Source: the human T2T-CHM13v2.0 reference genome, Homo sapiens
NCBI RefSeq assembly: GCF_009914755.1
Contig: NC_060935.1
Length of the DNA stretch: 64,000 bases
Direction: 5' to 3' (one strand)
Positions 44,929 through 58,659 of this stretch are shown here, one piece after another. Both the position numbers and the translations under genes were made by a program. The first letter of the stretch is position 1. Every line of letters begins with the position of its first letter. The notes under the pieces were generated by a model. The model was not told where the DNA came from and did not search any database. It was given only the letters and a program-made list of their open reading frames with translations.

Positions 44929-46124
44929 TTTTGTTTCTGATTCTTCAATAGAAATAAAATGATAATAATTATTATTATAAAAGCACATGAAAGAATGGAA
45001 ATTCCAATAGGCAATCTAGACTTCTAGACTGGAGAGGACTTTATGAATATCCCTAGGTCTCTCATGAATAATCAAGGTCTGTTGTATAAGGATTTGTGAG
45101 AAAACAAGACTATAAACAATGTGTTCTTGGGTCTTTACATTTGTACATAAAAAAGTCTTTCCATGAAGTAAGTATGATTATTTATTCTTCATGATGTCTA
45201 TTAGAAGTGAAGGTAAATGTGAAAGTGGGTCTCTTTTTTTAAATGGTGATGAGAAGCCGGGACCCAGGAATACCAGAATCTTGCCCTCCAAACCATCTAC
45301 CTTCCCAGCCCCCAATAGGATTCCCAAATGATCCCTGTGAAAGGATCAGTAGACAATTAACAAATAAAGTAGCATTTTATTGCAAGCTAGGTGAAGACCC
45401 AAGCCTAAAAACAGGGCTCTCTGAAATAGCTGGCTTGGCATATCTTGGCTTGAGCTAATGTCCAAATTGGGCTAAGGCTGGCATCCACCCACTCCAAAGC
45501 CCACACCTAAACTTTAGATCTCACTCCTATGATCAGCTTCATGATCAGGAAAGAAACCAAAGGATGTGGCACACAAATCAGTGGAGTAAATATTTGCATA
45601 TGGTTAGAGAGAGAGTGAGAGGACACCACGGCTGCCCTAAATAATCAAGCCCAGGGGAGATGAAAGAGATAGCATGCCTGCCACATGCATGATTAATGGG
45701 CCCTGTCAGTGCTCACAGTCCAGCCCGACCAGCAACCCCACACCCCCACCACTTTTGGTGAGGGGAGCCAGGGTGGGATGGACAGAAAGGCAGGCAGTCC
45801 TCCCCATTTCCACAGCGGGGGTAGAGCAGAATGAGCCAGGACCTGGGCTTGCACTGATGGAAGCAGGCAACAAAGAAAAAAAAATAGTTACAACCTTTGG
45901 TGACCTTCTCTTCATGGCTCATGATCTGAGGACTGAGAACTAATGTTTCAAATCCATAGGTCACATTCCTGCCTGCTTCTGTCCACTCCTGCCCTAATAC
46001 CTCATGCAAAGATATTCAAGGGCTACTTTTATGCTCAAAGGAAACAACAGCTCTCTCTTTTCCCCCAAGTTCTGTTCCTGCTCCAAACTCCCCCTTGATA
46101 AATAGGGAAAGACATAGTAAAAAT

Positions 46125-47300
46125 GTTTTTTAATTTTTAATTTCTAAATAGTTTTAATGTTATATCAGTAACAACTGTAAATGATTTCTAAAGTCAAATA
46201 ATTCTAAAAGTCTTAAAGTGAAAGAGTATCCTGTTCCACCCCATCCCATTCCTCAGGCATTTTATTCCACAGGTAACTCTTCTTAATTTTTCTGGTTATT
46301 TCACATGATCTTAGCTTTCATATGTCTAAATAGTATGTTTATTTTGCTAGACTTATATATATATATCTGTTATATTTACGTATATGTATATGTGTGTGTA
46401 TGTGTGTGTGTATATATATATATGCCTAGCAAAAGGAAGGAATGTCAATGAAACCACAAATAGGAAGATCAAATTGGATCTCACCCATCTAAGAGAATGG
46501 ATACACACACACACATACACACACACAGACATATATATATATATGTATATATTTCATGTGTCTCTATGTGTGTGTATATCAATCTATCTAAGTTTTACAC
46601 ATTATATACTTATAACCTACAATTGGAGATGAGGATTAGCTTTTCTACACCCACTACCATCCCAGATTCACCTACTCCCAGCTTCCTAACATAGTTATAT
46701 CACAGCTTTTAGTAAAATCGATAGTTCACATTCTTATGAGTATCCAAATATTGTTCACTATTCTACTTCCATCTTTCCTATAAGCCCTCTGATGCTGTTG
46801 TTGCTCTTCTTTTTGGAGTTATTTCCTCAATTTTTCATTTACCTAGTTTTCCATAAAGTAACTGATATTTTTTCAAGAATTCTAATCTCTGCCATAGGCC
46901 CAAAAGCATTATTTTTCATATACTCAGATTTGCCCTCTGTTCTAATTTGTACTATTTTCTGTGAAGGTCTTCTTTCCAGGTATAAACCTGAATATTTCTT
47001 TTGATGCTCACTTACATTAGTTATTCTTTTTGCTAGATGTAAAATTTTCCTCTTGATCTCTTTTTTCTTTAATTTTTTGTTCAAAAACATATTATAATAT
47101 CATCCTGAAATAAGGTGGTAATAAGTTAGTTTTTCAGCTCCAATATATCAGAAATATTTTATCATCACATCTGATAGTGTATCTGGGTATAAAATTTGAT
47201 GCTAAGAGTCTTTTCAGTCAGAATTTTAAAACTGAAGCTCCCTTGCCTTCTAACTGCCAATCTTATTGCTTAAAATACTGTTGCTGAACTAATTCCCAAG
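46125..47300 (-). mobile_element. Old L1ME-like fragments with embedded TA/CA repeats
   Basis: GGAGATGAGGATTAGCTTTTCTAC and GGGTATAAAATTTGATGCTAAGAGTCTTTTCAGTCAGAATTTTAAAAC..TTGCCTTCTAACTGCCAATCTTATTGCT are antisense L1M patterns. Confidence 0.55.
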
Positions 47301-48349
47301 ACTTTGAGAGGTAATAATCTGGAGTGGTTAAGAATGAAACCAGCTGGGTTCATATCCCTATTTAACCTACCGATTTAGCCAAGTGACATTTGACAAGTTA
47401 TGTAAACTCCCTGTGTATCTCTTCCCTTCTCTGTAAAATAGGGTGTGATAAAATTCTATTCAGAATTAGTCTTTGTCTTGGTTATTATTATCTTTTGATG
47501 ATTTTAATTTAGAAGGAGGAGAAAATGTTTTGGGTAAAATTCACCTTTGTGGGACCTAATTTTTTTATGGATGAACATAAGTTTCAGCTAATGATCCATA
47601 ACAGAGATTTGCAGTAAAACACAGCATGTAATACTAAGCACATCCTACACACACAAATACAAACCCACTAAGTTATGGTATGTCAATTTTTGGAAAAATA
47701 ACATGTATTATGATACTATTCAATTTGCAGTCTGTAAGTTGTAATTTTATTGTGAATAGTAAAAAAAAAAAATAGTTCACCAATAGTCTTTCTCTCTGAG
47801 GAGATGCTTTCCAACTTTAAGCTCCACAGTCACACAAAGTTAGAGGGAGATTATAAGTGACGCATATTGCAGCTGAAGATGGTTAGAACTCTTAGAAACA
47901 GAAGTGGTGGAGAGGAATATTCTCCTGGGGGAAAATATTCCTTTCTTGAGAAAATAATAAATAAATATGGTGTAAACAGATAAACTTAAATAGAGAAACA
48001 AAATTAAACTTTCTATTTTGTTCAATGATAGGTTTTCTCACTCTTTAAAAGGTGAAAGTGGACTACAAACCTGCAGAGGAGATTCACTATGCCCTTCTTT
48101 ATCCCGATTTGACCACATATCTCCCTGACTTTTGATTTTACATTAATAGGCTCTGGAAGATTTAAACAAGCTTGGGAAAGTCTGCATTTATATTTCATTC
48201 CCAACCAGTTAGTTATCAGATCTAGCTATATGGATCTGCACTTACATTTTGGAGATTCCACATAGAAAGGAGAAAATCCATGTAGACATGGAGAATGGAC
48301 ACATTAATTAATTGAAAAGGGGAACATGAGGAAGGGCAATGATACAAAT

Positions 48350-48640
48350 TTCATTAGTTCAGGTTCACTAAGAAGCAGATTCCAAATTGAGATTAGATGT
48401 GTGAGACATTTATTGACGGAGGGATCAGGAGAAGGTAGGGAGAGCCTTCAGAGGCTAACACCTATGAAAAGTCCTACCTCCCACAGGACTGAGCCTGCCC
48501 TAGTACCCAATGCAGTCAGTCATTGGTTGAGAGTAGCAGGAAGAAACACAGTAGGAGGTCCATATGGGGTGGTGAGTAAATTAGGCTCTCCACAGCAGGA
48601 AATCTGAACTTCACAACCTCTTTGCCAACCACACAAGCCA
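48350..48640 (-). mobile_element. Old ERVL-class LTR fragment (family uncertain)
   Basis: TTAGTTCAGGTTCACTAAGAAGCAGA..GAGATTAGATGTGTGAGACATTTATTG..GGGAGAGCCTTCAGA resembles the reverse of an ERVL LTR 3' end. Confidence 0.45.
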
Positions 48641-49929
48641 AAATCTAGTCAAACAATTTTAAGACACAAATTTACAAATTTGTTAATTGAGTAATGACCC
48701 ATCGTTTGCCATTATCCAAGCATAATAATTTATTGTTTTAAAGTGAATTTCCCTCTGTTTATTATGATAATTCGTGCTAGGAATGTGCTACACACCACAG
48801 ATGTGAAGTTGAGTTTTGGAAATATCCTGATTTGGAGATGGAAAATGTGGGCCGTTTGTTCCACATGGTTGTGTAACTTACTTAACCTCTTCTTCTCAGC
48901 TTCCCTGTCTGCAAATTGCTGCAGCTATTTTATTAGAGCATTTTTCTAAAGGCTAAAATAGTCTATGTAAAAATTATTGGGAAGTACTATGAAAATTACT
49001 GTTAGCAGGGACTGAGACTGAGGCAATGTTTTCATGTAATGTAAGTTCTTAGGAAAGCAGAGACTCTTATTTCATTTAATCCATGGTTATCTTTTAGAAC
49101 AGAAATAAATTAGAGCCTGGCTAATAAAATTTCTATTAGAAATTTCATTTTCCAAACATTAAATAGCTTTTTAGCCTAAATTTTTTATCATAAACTCAAA
49201 AGCTAGTTCATGTCTTTCCTGTGTATTTTTTGTCATGATAGAGCAGCTGCCTATTAAAAGTTATCATTATGCATTTTTCATTCCATATATCTCATTCTTA
49301 CATTTTTGTATGTATATGCTTGTTATGATTTATTTTACTAAAGACAAATAATAATATTCTATAACATGTATTGATGACTTATTATGTAGCAGAAACTATG
49401 TTAACAGGGAATCTAACTACATTTGTTGTCTTCTATATCCTAAGACCATAATGACGATCTCTGAAACAGTACTAATTTTCCAATTACTCTTATCTTTAAC
49501 TGGAAAAACACAATGAAAATTGCAGAACTCCTTTGGGGAGAGTTATGTTGTGCAATAAATAAAGTTATTGTAGTTTCATAAATCTTGGACACCACTAAGC
49601 CAGAGGGAAAAGTGTTGTATTTGGAAGTTCCTTTTATTAGTACTTGATGCTATATACACTGGGTGCCGTACAAGACAAAAATAACCAGTGATGCGATAAT
49701 GAAACAGACAAAAGGTCAAATAATTGAAAATCCAGTATAAGCTAGACATGATGGCTAATACGTAGAGTTTCCTGCAGAAACACAAGGAATGGACAAATCT
49801 TTCCTTTTCTGATTTAATTTTTTCCTACTTTGCCTGATTACTTTAGTACATTAAATACTAGGATCTGACAGGCTTTGCTGGAAGAAAGGTCAATCTCCAG
49901 GATGATATTTAAGAGAATTTAAACAGATT

Positions 49930-50110
49930 TTTGCCTGTTCACTTAATAACTGGGTAACTTTACATAAATTGCTTAAGCTCTCTAAGCCCCGGTTTCCTTA
50001 TTTAAAAAAATGAGACTAAGAATATGTAATAGGGTAATTATGAGTATTACACAAGGAAATATATTTAAAGTAGTTTCCATTGTGCTTAATCCAAGTAAAC
50101 ATACAATAAT
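49930..50110 (+). mobile_element. MIR fragment
   Basis: AACTGGGTAACTTTACATAAATTGCTTAAGCTCTCTAAGCCCCGGTTTCCTTATTTAAAAAAATGAG. Confidence 0.65.
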
Positions 50111-51119
50111 TATAGAGTTATTATTTTAAAAGATACTATTTATCGACTTCTCATTATAATGCTAGTTTTGTGAACTTTTCTTCCTTTTATTGAAGTTCCC
50201 AATATTCCTCATAAGTTATGCAATCCCTAAGTTGGTAGAGCTTTCCATCAGAACTTTGCTTTTAGAAATATAAATATCTAGTACTTAGTTAGTAAGGCAT
50301 CTAGGGATAGTCCTGGTTAACTGTTGCCTTTGGCATTCTAATAATACACGTTTTTTACTCCATTTCTCCTAAAACCCAGTTTTACAGCTGGAAATACAGT
50401 ATCAACGTCTCTGTTAATGCCACTTTGTAGTTGACTCACAAGTCAGAAAAACAAAAGCCAAGTTAACAATGACATTTTGTTTGTGAAAGAAGGTTACATA
50501 GATAAGCAAGAGTTACTCATACTGAACAAAAATGAATTGCTCAGTTTATTCCACTGTTCAAAATAATCGAATCACCAAAGTTAAGTGAAGAATGACTTGA
50601 GCAGCCGTTGTAAAATACAAACTCTTCTTCAGCTTCTGGGAACTTCAGAACCAGCTCCCATATCTAGTTCTCTATGGAATAGACAGGTGCTTTACCTCTA
50701 CATGTACTCCCTGACCTCAACCATCTACTAATACCACAGAAAGAAATAGTACACTAATTAAAGAAACACAATTCTTAATAACATAAAGCAAAACAAACGA
50801 AAAAAACACAAACAAAATCAACTAATAAACATCAACGCTTTCTCAGCACAACACTGAACATTAGCTAAGAATGATAACACACCAAATTCAGTATAATGAA
50901 ACTGAACTGGAGTCCATGTAGCTCTTCAACTGCATCTATGATAATATTTAACTTATGTAATATATTGCTACTATTATTAATAATAAAAATAATTCTGAAA
51001 GAAATATGGTAAAATGTTGAAATTTAATCAATTATGCTGATTATGTTATTTACTTTTCATTATACTTAAAATATTTCATGACTTTTTTAATGATGAAAAA
51101 GGTTAAGGTAAACGATGTG

Positions 51120-51362
51120 TCATGTGGCACCGTGGAAACTGGAAGACATGCATTAGAATTCTGGTTCTACCACTGAATGGATCATACTCTTGTCAACCCT
51201 TAGTTTCTACCTATAAAATCTCTACCTATAAAAAAAGAAAGCCATAAAATTGTTCTACTATTTTTTACCTGCCTCATAAGGTATTTTATAAGTATAAAAC
51301 AAAGCTGATGTTAGAAAATACTTAGCACAGTGCCTAACACAGAAAATTCTACTAAATATTAT
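51120..51362 (+). mobile_element. MIR fragment
   Basis: GAATTCTGGTTCTACCACTGA..CTTAGTTTCTACCTATAAAAT..TACCTGCCTCATAAGG..ACTTAGCACAGTGCCTAACACAG. Confidence 0.6.
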
Positions 51363-51684
51363 TTTTGCCTGAAAAATCATTTTAATAATAGTTTTTATGA
51401 TGCATAGAATAGATTCTACACAAAGCAAGAAGACTGGTGTTGCCAGTGGGTTTCTAACATGCCTTGTGAGAATGAGCTACTAGAGGAGTGTCCTTACAGC
51501 AACATTCGCTGACCAAGAAAAGTGGAGAAATAGACTAGACTGGATTTATGGTCAGAGTGGTGGAGTTAATGAATAATAGTACCTATTTTAGTCATGCTTC
51601 AGTAAAGGCTACATTAAATTTCCCAGACACAAAATTGACAGAAGTACTTGGAGGAAGAACAGATTCCTGTTAAAACAAGAACAA

Positions 51685-52006
<322 letters not shown>

Positions 52007-53429
52007 CTATGCTAAGAAAAATGAAGACTGCCCATTCTCACTTCCAAAAATTTCAGAGAAAAATGAACACTTGAAAGAGAGAGGTGGGGGGCTTTCAAGG
52101 GAAAGTATAAAGCCACCATCTTTGGGGAAGTAAATAGATATTTCCAGCTGTGGAATCATTTAATGGAGTTCTTAAATAGGAAAAAAAAAAAAAAGCAGAA
52201 ATTTGAGCAGAAATAGCAAAATCAAAGACCAAAAAGAAGAAATACGCAAAGGCAGGATCAAAGTGATGAGCAATGAAGAGTTTAAGCAAGAATCAAAGCT
52301 CCAATCCCAGCCTTCTGAGTGTGAGCAGGATGGGAAAGGGAAGTAGCCATGGGCTTTCAAGACACGGCAGCCACGGGCAGGTGACACTGAGGAAAATGGC
52401 ACAGACAGCTTGTGCAGGAATCCTCTAAGAGACGGGGTGGCAGGGATAGAGGTAAGGAACGGCTCAACACAGTGTGACTATTCAAAAATGAAAAACAAAA
52501 TAAAGGAGCAGCCACCATGACCGTTTACAAAGTAAGCCACAAGGTGGAATTCCTGGAGAAGAGAAACATCCAGGGTGAGCCCCTTTCACTGCAGAGTCCA
52601 CTCTGTTATAGGGTGACTGGGTTTACCTCTGGCTGCTAATAGCAAATGGGAGAAAGTTGAAAAAGTTAGAAGAAAGGAAGAAAGGAGGCATTAGGAACAT
52701 TTTTTGAGAGAAACAGAAGGACAAGATTGTAAATTGAAGACTAAGCTTGCCATGAAGTCTGACAAGAAGAACAGGAATGATAAACAATGCAGCCAGGGTA
52801 TACAAGAGCAAAGAGATGGTGATTGGTTTTCTGTGAACTTCAAGGAAAATGGAAAATAGGCCCAAAGGAAAAAATCAAAGGTTGCTCATCCACAAAGATC
52901 TGATTGATCAAACAATTATTTTCTGTCTAAGACAATGCATAACTCTTTTGTGCCATAGAGGCTTCTGAAATACAGGAAGGTGTTGTAAACCAGGAGACCT
53001 CCATGAGCGAAGCTTCAGTGAAAAAATACCAGAGGGATTGATGAGTAACACTTCATGTAGAGCCATCTCTATGGGTTTGAAGCTTTCCTATTAGAATTTA
53101 CCTGTCAGATTCTGAAGAAGAGGGAAGTAAAGAAGCTAAAGAGATAAATGGTGTGCAGGCTGAACACAATCTGGTCTTCCGGAGATGACACCACATTCAC
53201 AATAATAAAACAAAGGCACTAGGAACACCAATAAGGAAAAATCACCCAGAAGTGAAAGTGTGAATCAGTAACATAAAATGTAAGCCATAAAGATGAAGCT
53301 CCAACCGTCCTGAAGACGTGGGCATTGAACATAGGCCAACAAAGATCTTTAGCTCGTGCTTTGGAGAGAAAGAAGTTAAAAATGAAATTATGAAAATAAA
53401 TAAAATAACAAAAACTAACAACAACAATA

Positions 53430-53670
53430 AAATAGCAGGTGACTTTATAAAGTACCTACTACTTTTCTAACTACTTTGCATATATCCACTAGTAATGGGA
53501 TTATAATGACCCTTTAATGTAGGTGCCATTATTATGAGAAAACTGAGGCATAGAGAAGTTAAGTAATGACTTGCGCAAGGTCACACTACTATAACAGCAA
53601 AACCTGGATATAAACTCAGACGTTTTGCCTTCAAAGTCTATATATTCCTGACCACTGTGATATACTACCA
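53430..53670 (-). mobile_element. MIR SINE
   Basis: ATGAGAAAACTGAGGCATAGAGAAGTTAAGTAATGACTTGCGCAAGGTCACAC. Confidence 0.8.
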
Positions 53671-53724
53671 TTGCAAATTAAAACTTGGGGCTTTAAAAAT
53701 GATCAAGAATCATATTCAGGCATA

Positions 53725-54098
53725 TGTTAAAAGAAAAACTTCAGGCAAATTAAATTTAAAAGAATTTACATGAGCAAAAAATGATTCAGGCGTCAGGCAA
53801 CTCTAAGAATCAGAAGAGGTTCAGAGAGCTTTTTTTTTTTTTAGGAGAGTGAGCAGCGAGCTTTTATTGGCAGACACAGAAGTAAAGTAGAAGAATCATT
53901 TTATTGGCCACAGCTAAGATGTCTGCCTTATTTGAGTACGGTATGATGAGTTGACTGCCTGTGACTGGCTGAAACACTTCTGTTTATTATACTCCTAAGT
54001 TAGGTTTAAGTGCTAAGTTAGGTTGTACTTTGCTACGTAGGAACTCAAAGTATGGAGACAGACTCAGGCTAGTGGCCTCCAGCTTATTTAATTTAACC
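53725..54098 (-). mobile_element. ERV1 solo LTR, MER57/MER93 family
   Basis: TGTTAAAAGAAAAACTTCAGGCAAATTAAATTTAA...TACGTAGGAACTCAAAGTATGGAGACAGACTCAGGCTAGTGGCCTCC..TTAATTTAAC with TGTTAA/TTAAC termini. Confidence 0.8.
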
Positions 54099-54484
54099 TA
54101 TAGAACTTCAGAGTTTATGAAGCATTTATATTCACGATCCCATTATTCCTTTTATCACCATGAGAGAGGCAGTGCAGAAAGCAGGGTTTCCCTTCCACAG
54201 AAGAGATGACTGGTGCCCAGGGAGGACTCAGTGTCTGATCCATGTCCCAGTGAGTGACAGGTCTTTTTGGCCTAAATCTTTGTCTTTTTTTTCCCCAAAT
54301 CCTATGACCTTTCAACAACATAGAGTTGACTCAACTAGAAAGCAAGTAAGATTGACCAGCTGGTTTCTGATGTCAGGTTCCTTGATAAATACAAATATTT
54401 TCCACCAACAAGTGAGACTAATGCTATGTCTCAGTAAAATAGTAAAAGGAACTCACAAAATAGTTTCTGCAGATTCATGCACAC

Positions 54485-54487
<3 letters not shown>

Positions 54488-54525
<38 letters not shown>
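54488..54525. repeat. (GT)19 perfect microsatellite
   Basis: Direct count. Confidence 0.97.
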
Positions 54526-54527
<2 letters not shown>

Positions 54528-56984
54528 TTTTGGTAGTAACAAGGGCAAAAGAAAATAAAAGTAAAAAACACTACTTGCTTCCCCTCAAACATGTGAGGAA
54601 TAGCAGGCCTCATATATGTATTCTGAATGTCTGAATGCACTATAATAAAAGACTTTTGATCCAGTGAACAAAGAGATCGGTTTTGTTTTGGCTTTTTTTT
54701 TTCTTTTCCTGTGAGGGTGCTGTGGGGCAGGTGATGGTGAACAGGAACATGAATCAGAAAAGAAGCAAGAGTCCAAAAGGCAGTGATGGGGTCTCACAAG
54801 TTGAAAGTGGGAAGAAGAAAAAAACAAATTATTGTATTTCTTTATTCATTTCTCAACAGACTTTTTTAGTTGTTTCTTCATCTTAGCTGTTTTGAATGAT
54901 GCTGCCGTGAGCATGGAGGGCAGCTGTCTCTTCAAAACTCTTCTTTCATTTCCTTGGGGGGAAACATAAAAGAAGAGAATCACGTTCTTGGAAATCAGAC
55001 GGATGAGTGTGCAAAAGAGAACAGGAAAGAACCAAAATAAGGATGAAATACTTTGGAGAAGAGAAGAATGAAATCCATGAGAAACAAAAGCAAAAGTGAC
55101 AAACAGGGAAGAGTGCTGAGTTCATAGGAAATTTATGTTTTCTTTCTGGAAATTTTAAGTGGCTTGCATGATTGTGAGGTAAGAGTTCTCAATAAGTTAA
55201 ATACATTTTAAAATAAAAATTTAAAAGGCTATCAAATGTGATGATTTATGTGAAAATATTCTCCAAAATTATAAAATGCTGTTGAGGAGCTAGATATTAT
55301 TGTTGCTATTACCATTGATGACATTTTCTGTGGTGTCATTCCTGGCAGGCCACCAAGTGATTTTACTCAGCTCCATCATATTTGGGGGCTATGGTTCCAT
55401 GTTAGATAAAATCACCTGTCCTTCCACTCCTCTGAATACAGTCGAATGGATATTATCTACTGATGTCAACTACAATCTTATAATAAAAGAAATAGTGAGC
55501 TATTTTCCACTTTTATTTAATATGGAATATGAGAAAATGATCATAAATTACAGCAAGAGTGATTTAGGTTCAGAATGGCAAAAAGAATATTTTCTTGCTG
55601 TTTATGCATGGAAACCGATTACTCGGGAAATAGAACTATCTCTTTCCCAGCGATAACAAGAAATTGTTTCCTGCTTATTTTCAGTTGTTTAGAAGAGGGC
55701 ACTTGGAGGTGGACTGGGCTGCTGAAGGGGGTCATTTTGAGAGACCTGTTGAAATCCTCAAGCTGTATTATATAAATACAAGATGTGCTATTGAGATGTG
55801 CTATTAAGCTAGACACCTACCAGTGCTTCAATCCTATGCATCCTCAAGTAGCCTTCAACAGTTAATACAAGTTTTAAAATACCTTTAGTTCTGAAAATTG
55901 TTGAAAACGTTGAGAGTGAAAACATTGAAAAATCTCAAGTATTTCAGGTAATAAAGAAATCATTACTGGATTTTTCTGTTTTCAATTGCTATTTCATTTA
56001 TTTTCCTCACTCAAAACATTCTTTGCCCAGGCTGATGCAACTTAGTTTGCTTTATTCACCCAAAATATAGGACTTGATGTTTCCTTCCTTATACAACTTC
56101 CTACTCAAATCCCCTATCTTCCTTAAAGGCCGTGAAGGTGTTCTCTGCTTCCTTATCCTTTCAACCAGTCCCAGAAAGTTGTTTCCCTTTTCGTTAAGAG
56201 GCATAAAAATGTCAGTGCCACTGAATATACAATATCTTTATTCTCATCATCTAGGAGACAGGATGTGGTTAGGGTGTTAAATGTCAGGCATGTCAGATTT
56301 CACTTCCTGCTTCATAATCAATCCAATATGGGTCTACCAGGTCCCTGTTATATCCAAGCTTTTCCAAGATCTTGCTTCTAATCTGACCTGGACTGCTCTT
56401 ACTTCAATTACCCAGGGACAAAGTTAACAATACCTGGCAATAACCCTCCCCTTCATCTACCTCCTGGCCCTTCTTCCATCTCCAGGGTTATAAAAATGAA
56501 GGAAATGTGTTACGACTGATTCACATGGCTTGGGAGTTGCTTGCTGGATGATTTCATAGTCTGGCTATTAGCTGTGAAGAAATATAATACCATCTTTACA
56601 TATCTGGTTTTAGTTGGGAGGGAAAGGCTCAAATTAAAGCCTCAAGAGAGGCAGAGGGAATGGAGTGAAAGAGCATTAGAATTCTGGGGACTCAGTCTGA
56701 TGATTTAGTAGGATGATTAGATGGAGTATTTATCCTGCTAATGTTGGTGTTTGATGCTCCAGTTTTTTTACTTGTGGTTTGTGTGCCAGGGTGGGAAGTG
56801 ACTCTGGGGAATACCATGCTGGCTTAGGTGGAAGGAAATACTGGGGAGAGAATGCACAGCTTTTTGGCTGGTTGATTTCCCCTGGTGGAGGGGTTAATGA
56901 TGAGGTTGGCAGCCAAAAAGCCAGAGCTCTTGGGTTCAACTTTAGATCCCATTACCGCATTGATGGGTGGTCTTGAGACAAAAT

Positions 56985-57180
56985 CCTGTAATGGTTAAGA
57001 GGTTGGGCTCTGGGATCAGGCTGATGAACGCTCAAGCTCTGTGGCCTTGTGAAAATAAGCCCCATGTCTTTGTGTCTCAGTTTTCTTAAGTAAAAAAAGC
57101 AGATAATAATTGTGTTTAAATGAGATAAGGTATGAATTGTGCTAAGCGTAGTGCCTGAAACATGAAGACAGCTCAAAATG
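56985..57180 (+). mobile_element. MIR SINE
   Basis: GTAATGGTTAAGAGGTTGGGCTCTGG..TGTCTCAGTTTTCTT..TTAAATGAGATAAGGTATG..GCTAAGCGTAGTGCCTGA. Confidence 0.75.
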
Positions 57181-57524
57181 AGAAGGAGGAGGACAATGGA
57201 AATAAAACAGAATATCTGGATTTCTTTTTCTTTTTGATTCAGCAAATTTTTATTGAATGCCTATTATGAATCAATAAGTGCACATGATATTTTGAATGAA
57301 AAAAGGGCACCTTGAACACAGCTCTCACCCTGGAGACTTACCATCTCACTGAAAAAAAAAAATTAAATATCAGGCTACTTAAGTAAATGTGATGAGAGTT
57401 TAAGAATTCAGGAAAGAGGGTAACTATACATTGGAGTAAAGAATGTCATGAAAATATTTAAAATATTTAGGGTAAATTAGAAAATATTTTGTGGTTTCCA
57501 TGAAACTATTGGAAACAGCAGTTA

Positions 57525-57725
57525 TAGAGAAGAGAACTAACCTTGAATTAGAGGGTATGGATTTAAATTCAGTGGCTCTGTCACCTTTTTGTGTTGTCCT
57601 GGGGACTCTTTCACCTCTCTTTATTTGAGTTTCCACATCTGTAAAATTAATATAAGAGATGATGCATGGATTTCATGAGCATAGAGCAGGATCACATACA
57701 TGTGCTTTGCACTAGGGAATATTCA
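57525..57725 (+). mobile_element. MIR fragment
   Basis: GAGAAGAGAACTAACCTTGAATTAGAGG..TGTGTTGTCCTGGGGACTCTTTCACCTCTCT..GTTTCCACATCTGTAAAAT. Confidence 0.6.
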
Positions 57726-58659
57726 AGAAGTAAATATGAAACAAACGCTTACTTCCTCTGTCTCTCTTCCTTTCTCTTTCTTTTTGTCAGAGCGACAGTG
57801 GCTCTCATTTGATTCCCTCAGTTCCTATGCTATTTGTGTGGAAATAAGCAGATTCACAGTTAAAAAACCATTCATATGTGTGCCAGGATGATTCACTGGA
57901 CATGTCCTATTTCTCTTGCATCTTTCCACAGCCTCTTGAGTGCTCCCTGACCAGAGTTGCTGCCACATAAGGTGCAGGTGGATGGAGCCAGGGCTTGCTG
58001 CTTGAATGTCTGCCATCTGCTCTTGTCTCTGCAAGAGCTTCACTGGGTGAGGCTAGTTTACTCACCCTACAGTCTAGAAAGAGTTTACAATGCTAATTCC
58101 TGCTTCAGGGAAGCTATAGGAAGATGACTTAGCACCAGAAGTTGAAGATTCTTCCAGAGGAAAAGCCCTGTCTCAGTTTTACATAAGACTTTTTACTGTG
58201 TTATCCTTCACTCTCCTGGGTGACTTTGTCACCTCTCCAGGATCTAAAAGGCCTTTGAGTAATATCATAAAGAGACCCAATGTTTTCCCTCCAGGCCACT
58301 CTAGGGCTGCTTTTCTTGGTCTCAACAATTTCACAAAGCACTTTCTTTTCTTAATATAATAATATGCTAGAAATGAAAATATTTCAGCAAACTGTACGAT
58401 CACAGCATAGTTGATGAGGAACTGTCCTGCACTTGTCAAAGTGCATAGCAATTCTTAAAAATGTAACTTGGAATTGCAGGTTTTTAAAAAAATTCTAATT
58501 TCCCTTTATTTCTTGAAGAAATTGTCCATGTTTGTGTTTGTAACACAGATGTTCCCTTTCTTCCAGGGGCAAAGTTTTATATCTCAAGGTTATTTATAAA
58601 AGTTCACTATAGTTAGGGGTGGAATATAGGTGGGGTAGTTATCTACATTGTGTCAGTCT

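Noticed and set aside
55300-55656. 118-aa ORF with a hydrophobic N-terminus
   Set aside because: Non-ATG start in the track, AT-rich, no recognisable domain and no convincing exon boundaries.
56874-56892. CTCF-like CCACCAGGGGAAA (minus strand)
   Set aside because: Mismatches at the high-information GGC end. The MER20-borne CCACTAGATGTTAG at 63573-63586 is similarly degraded.
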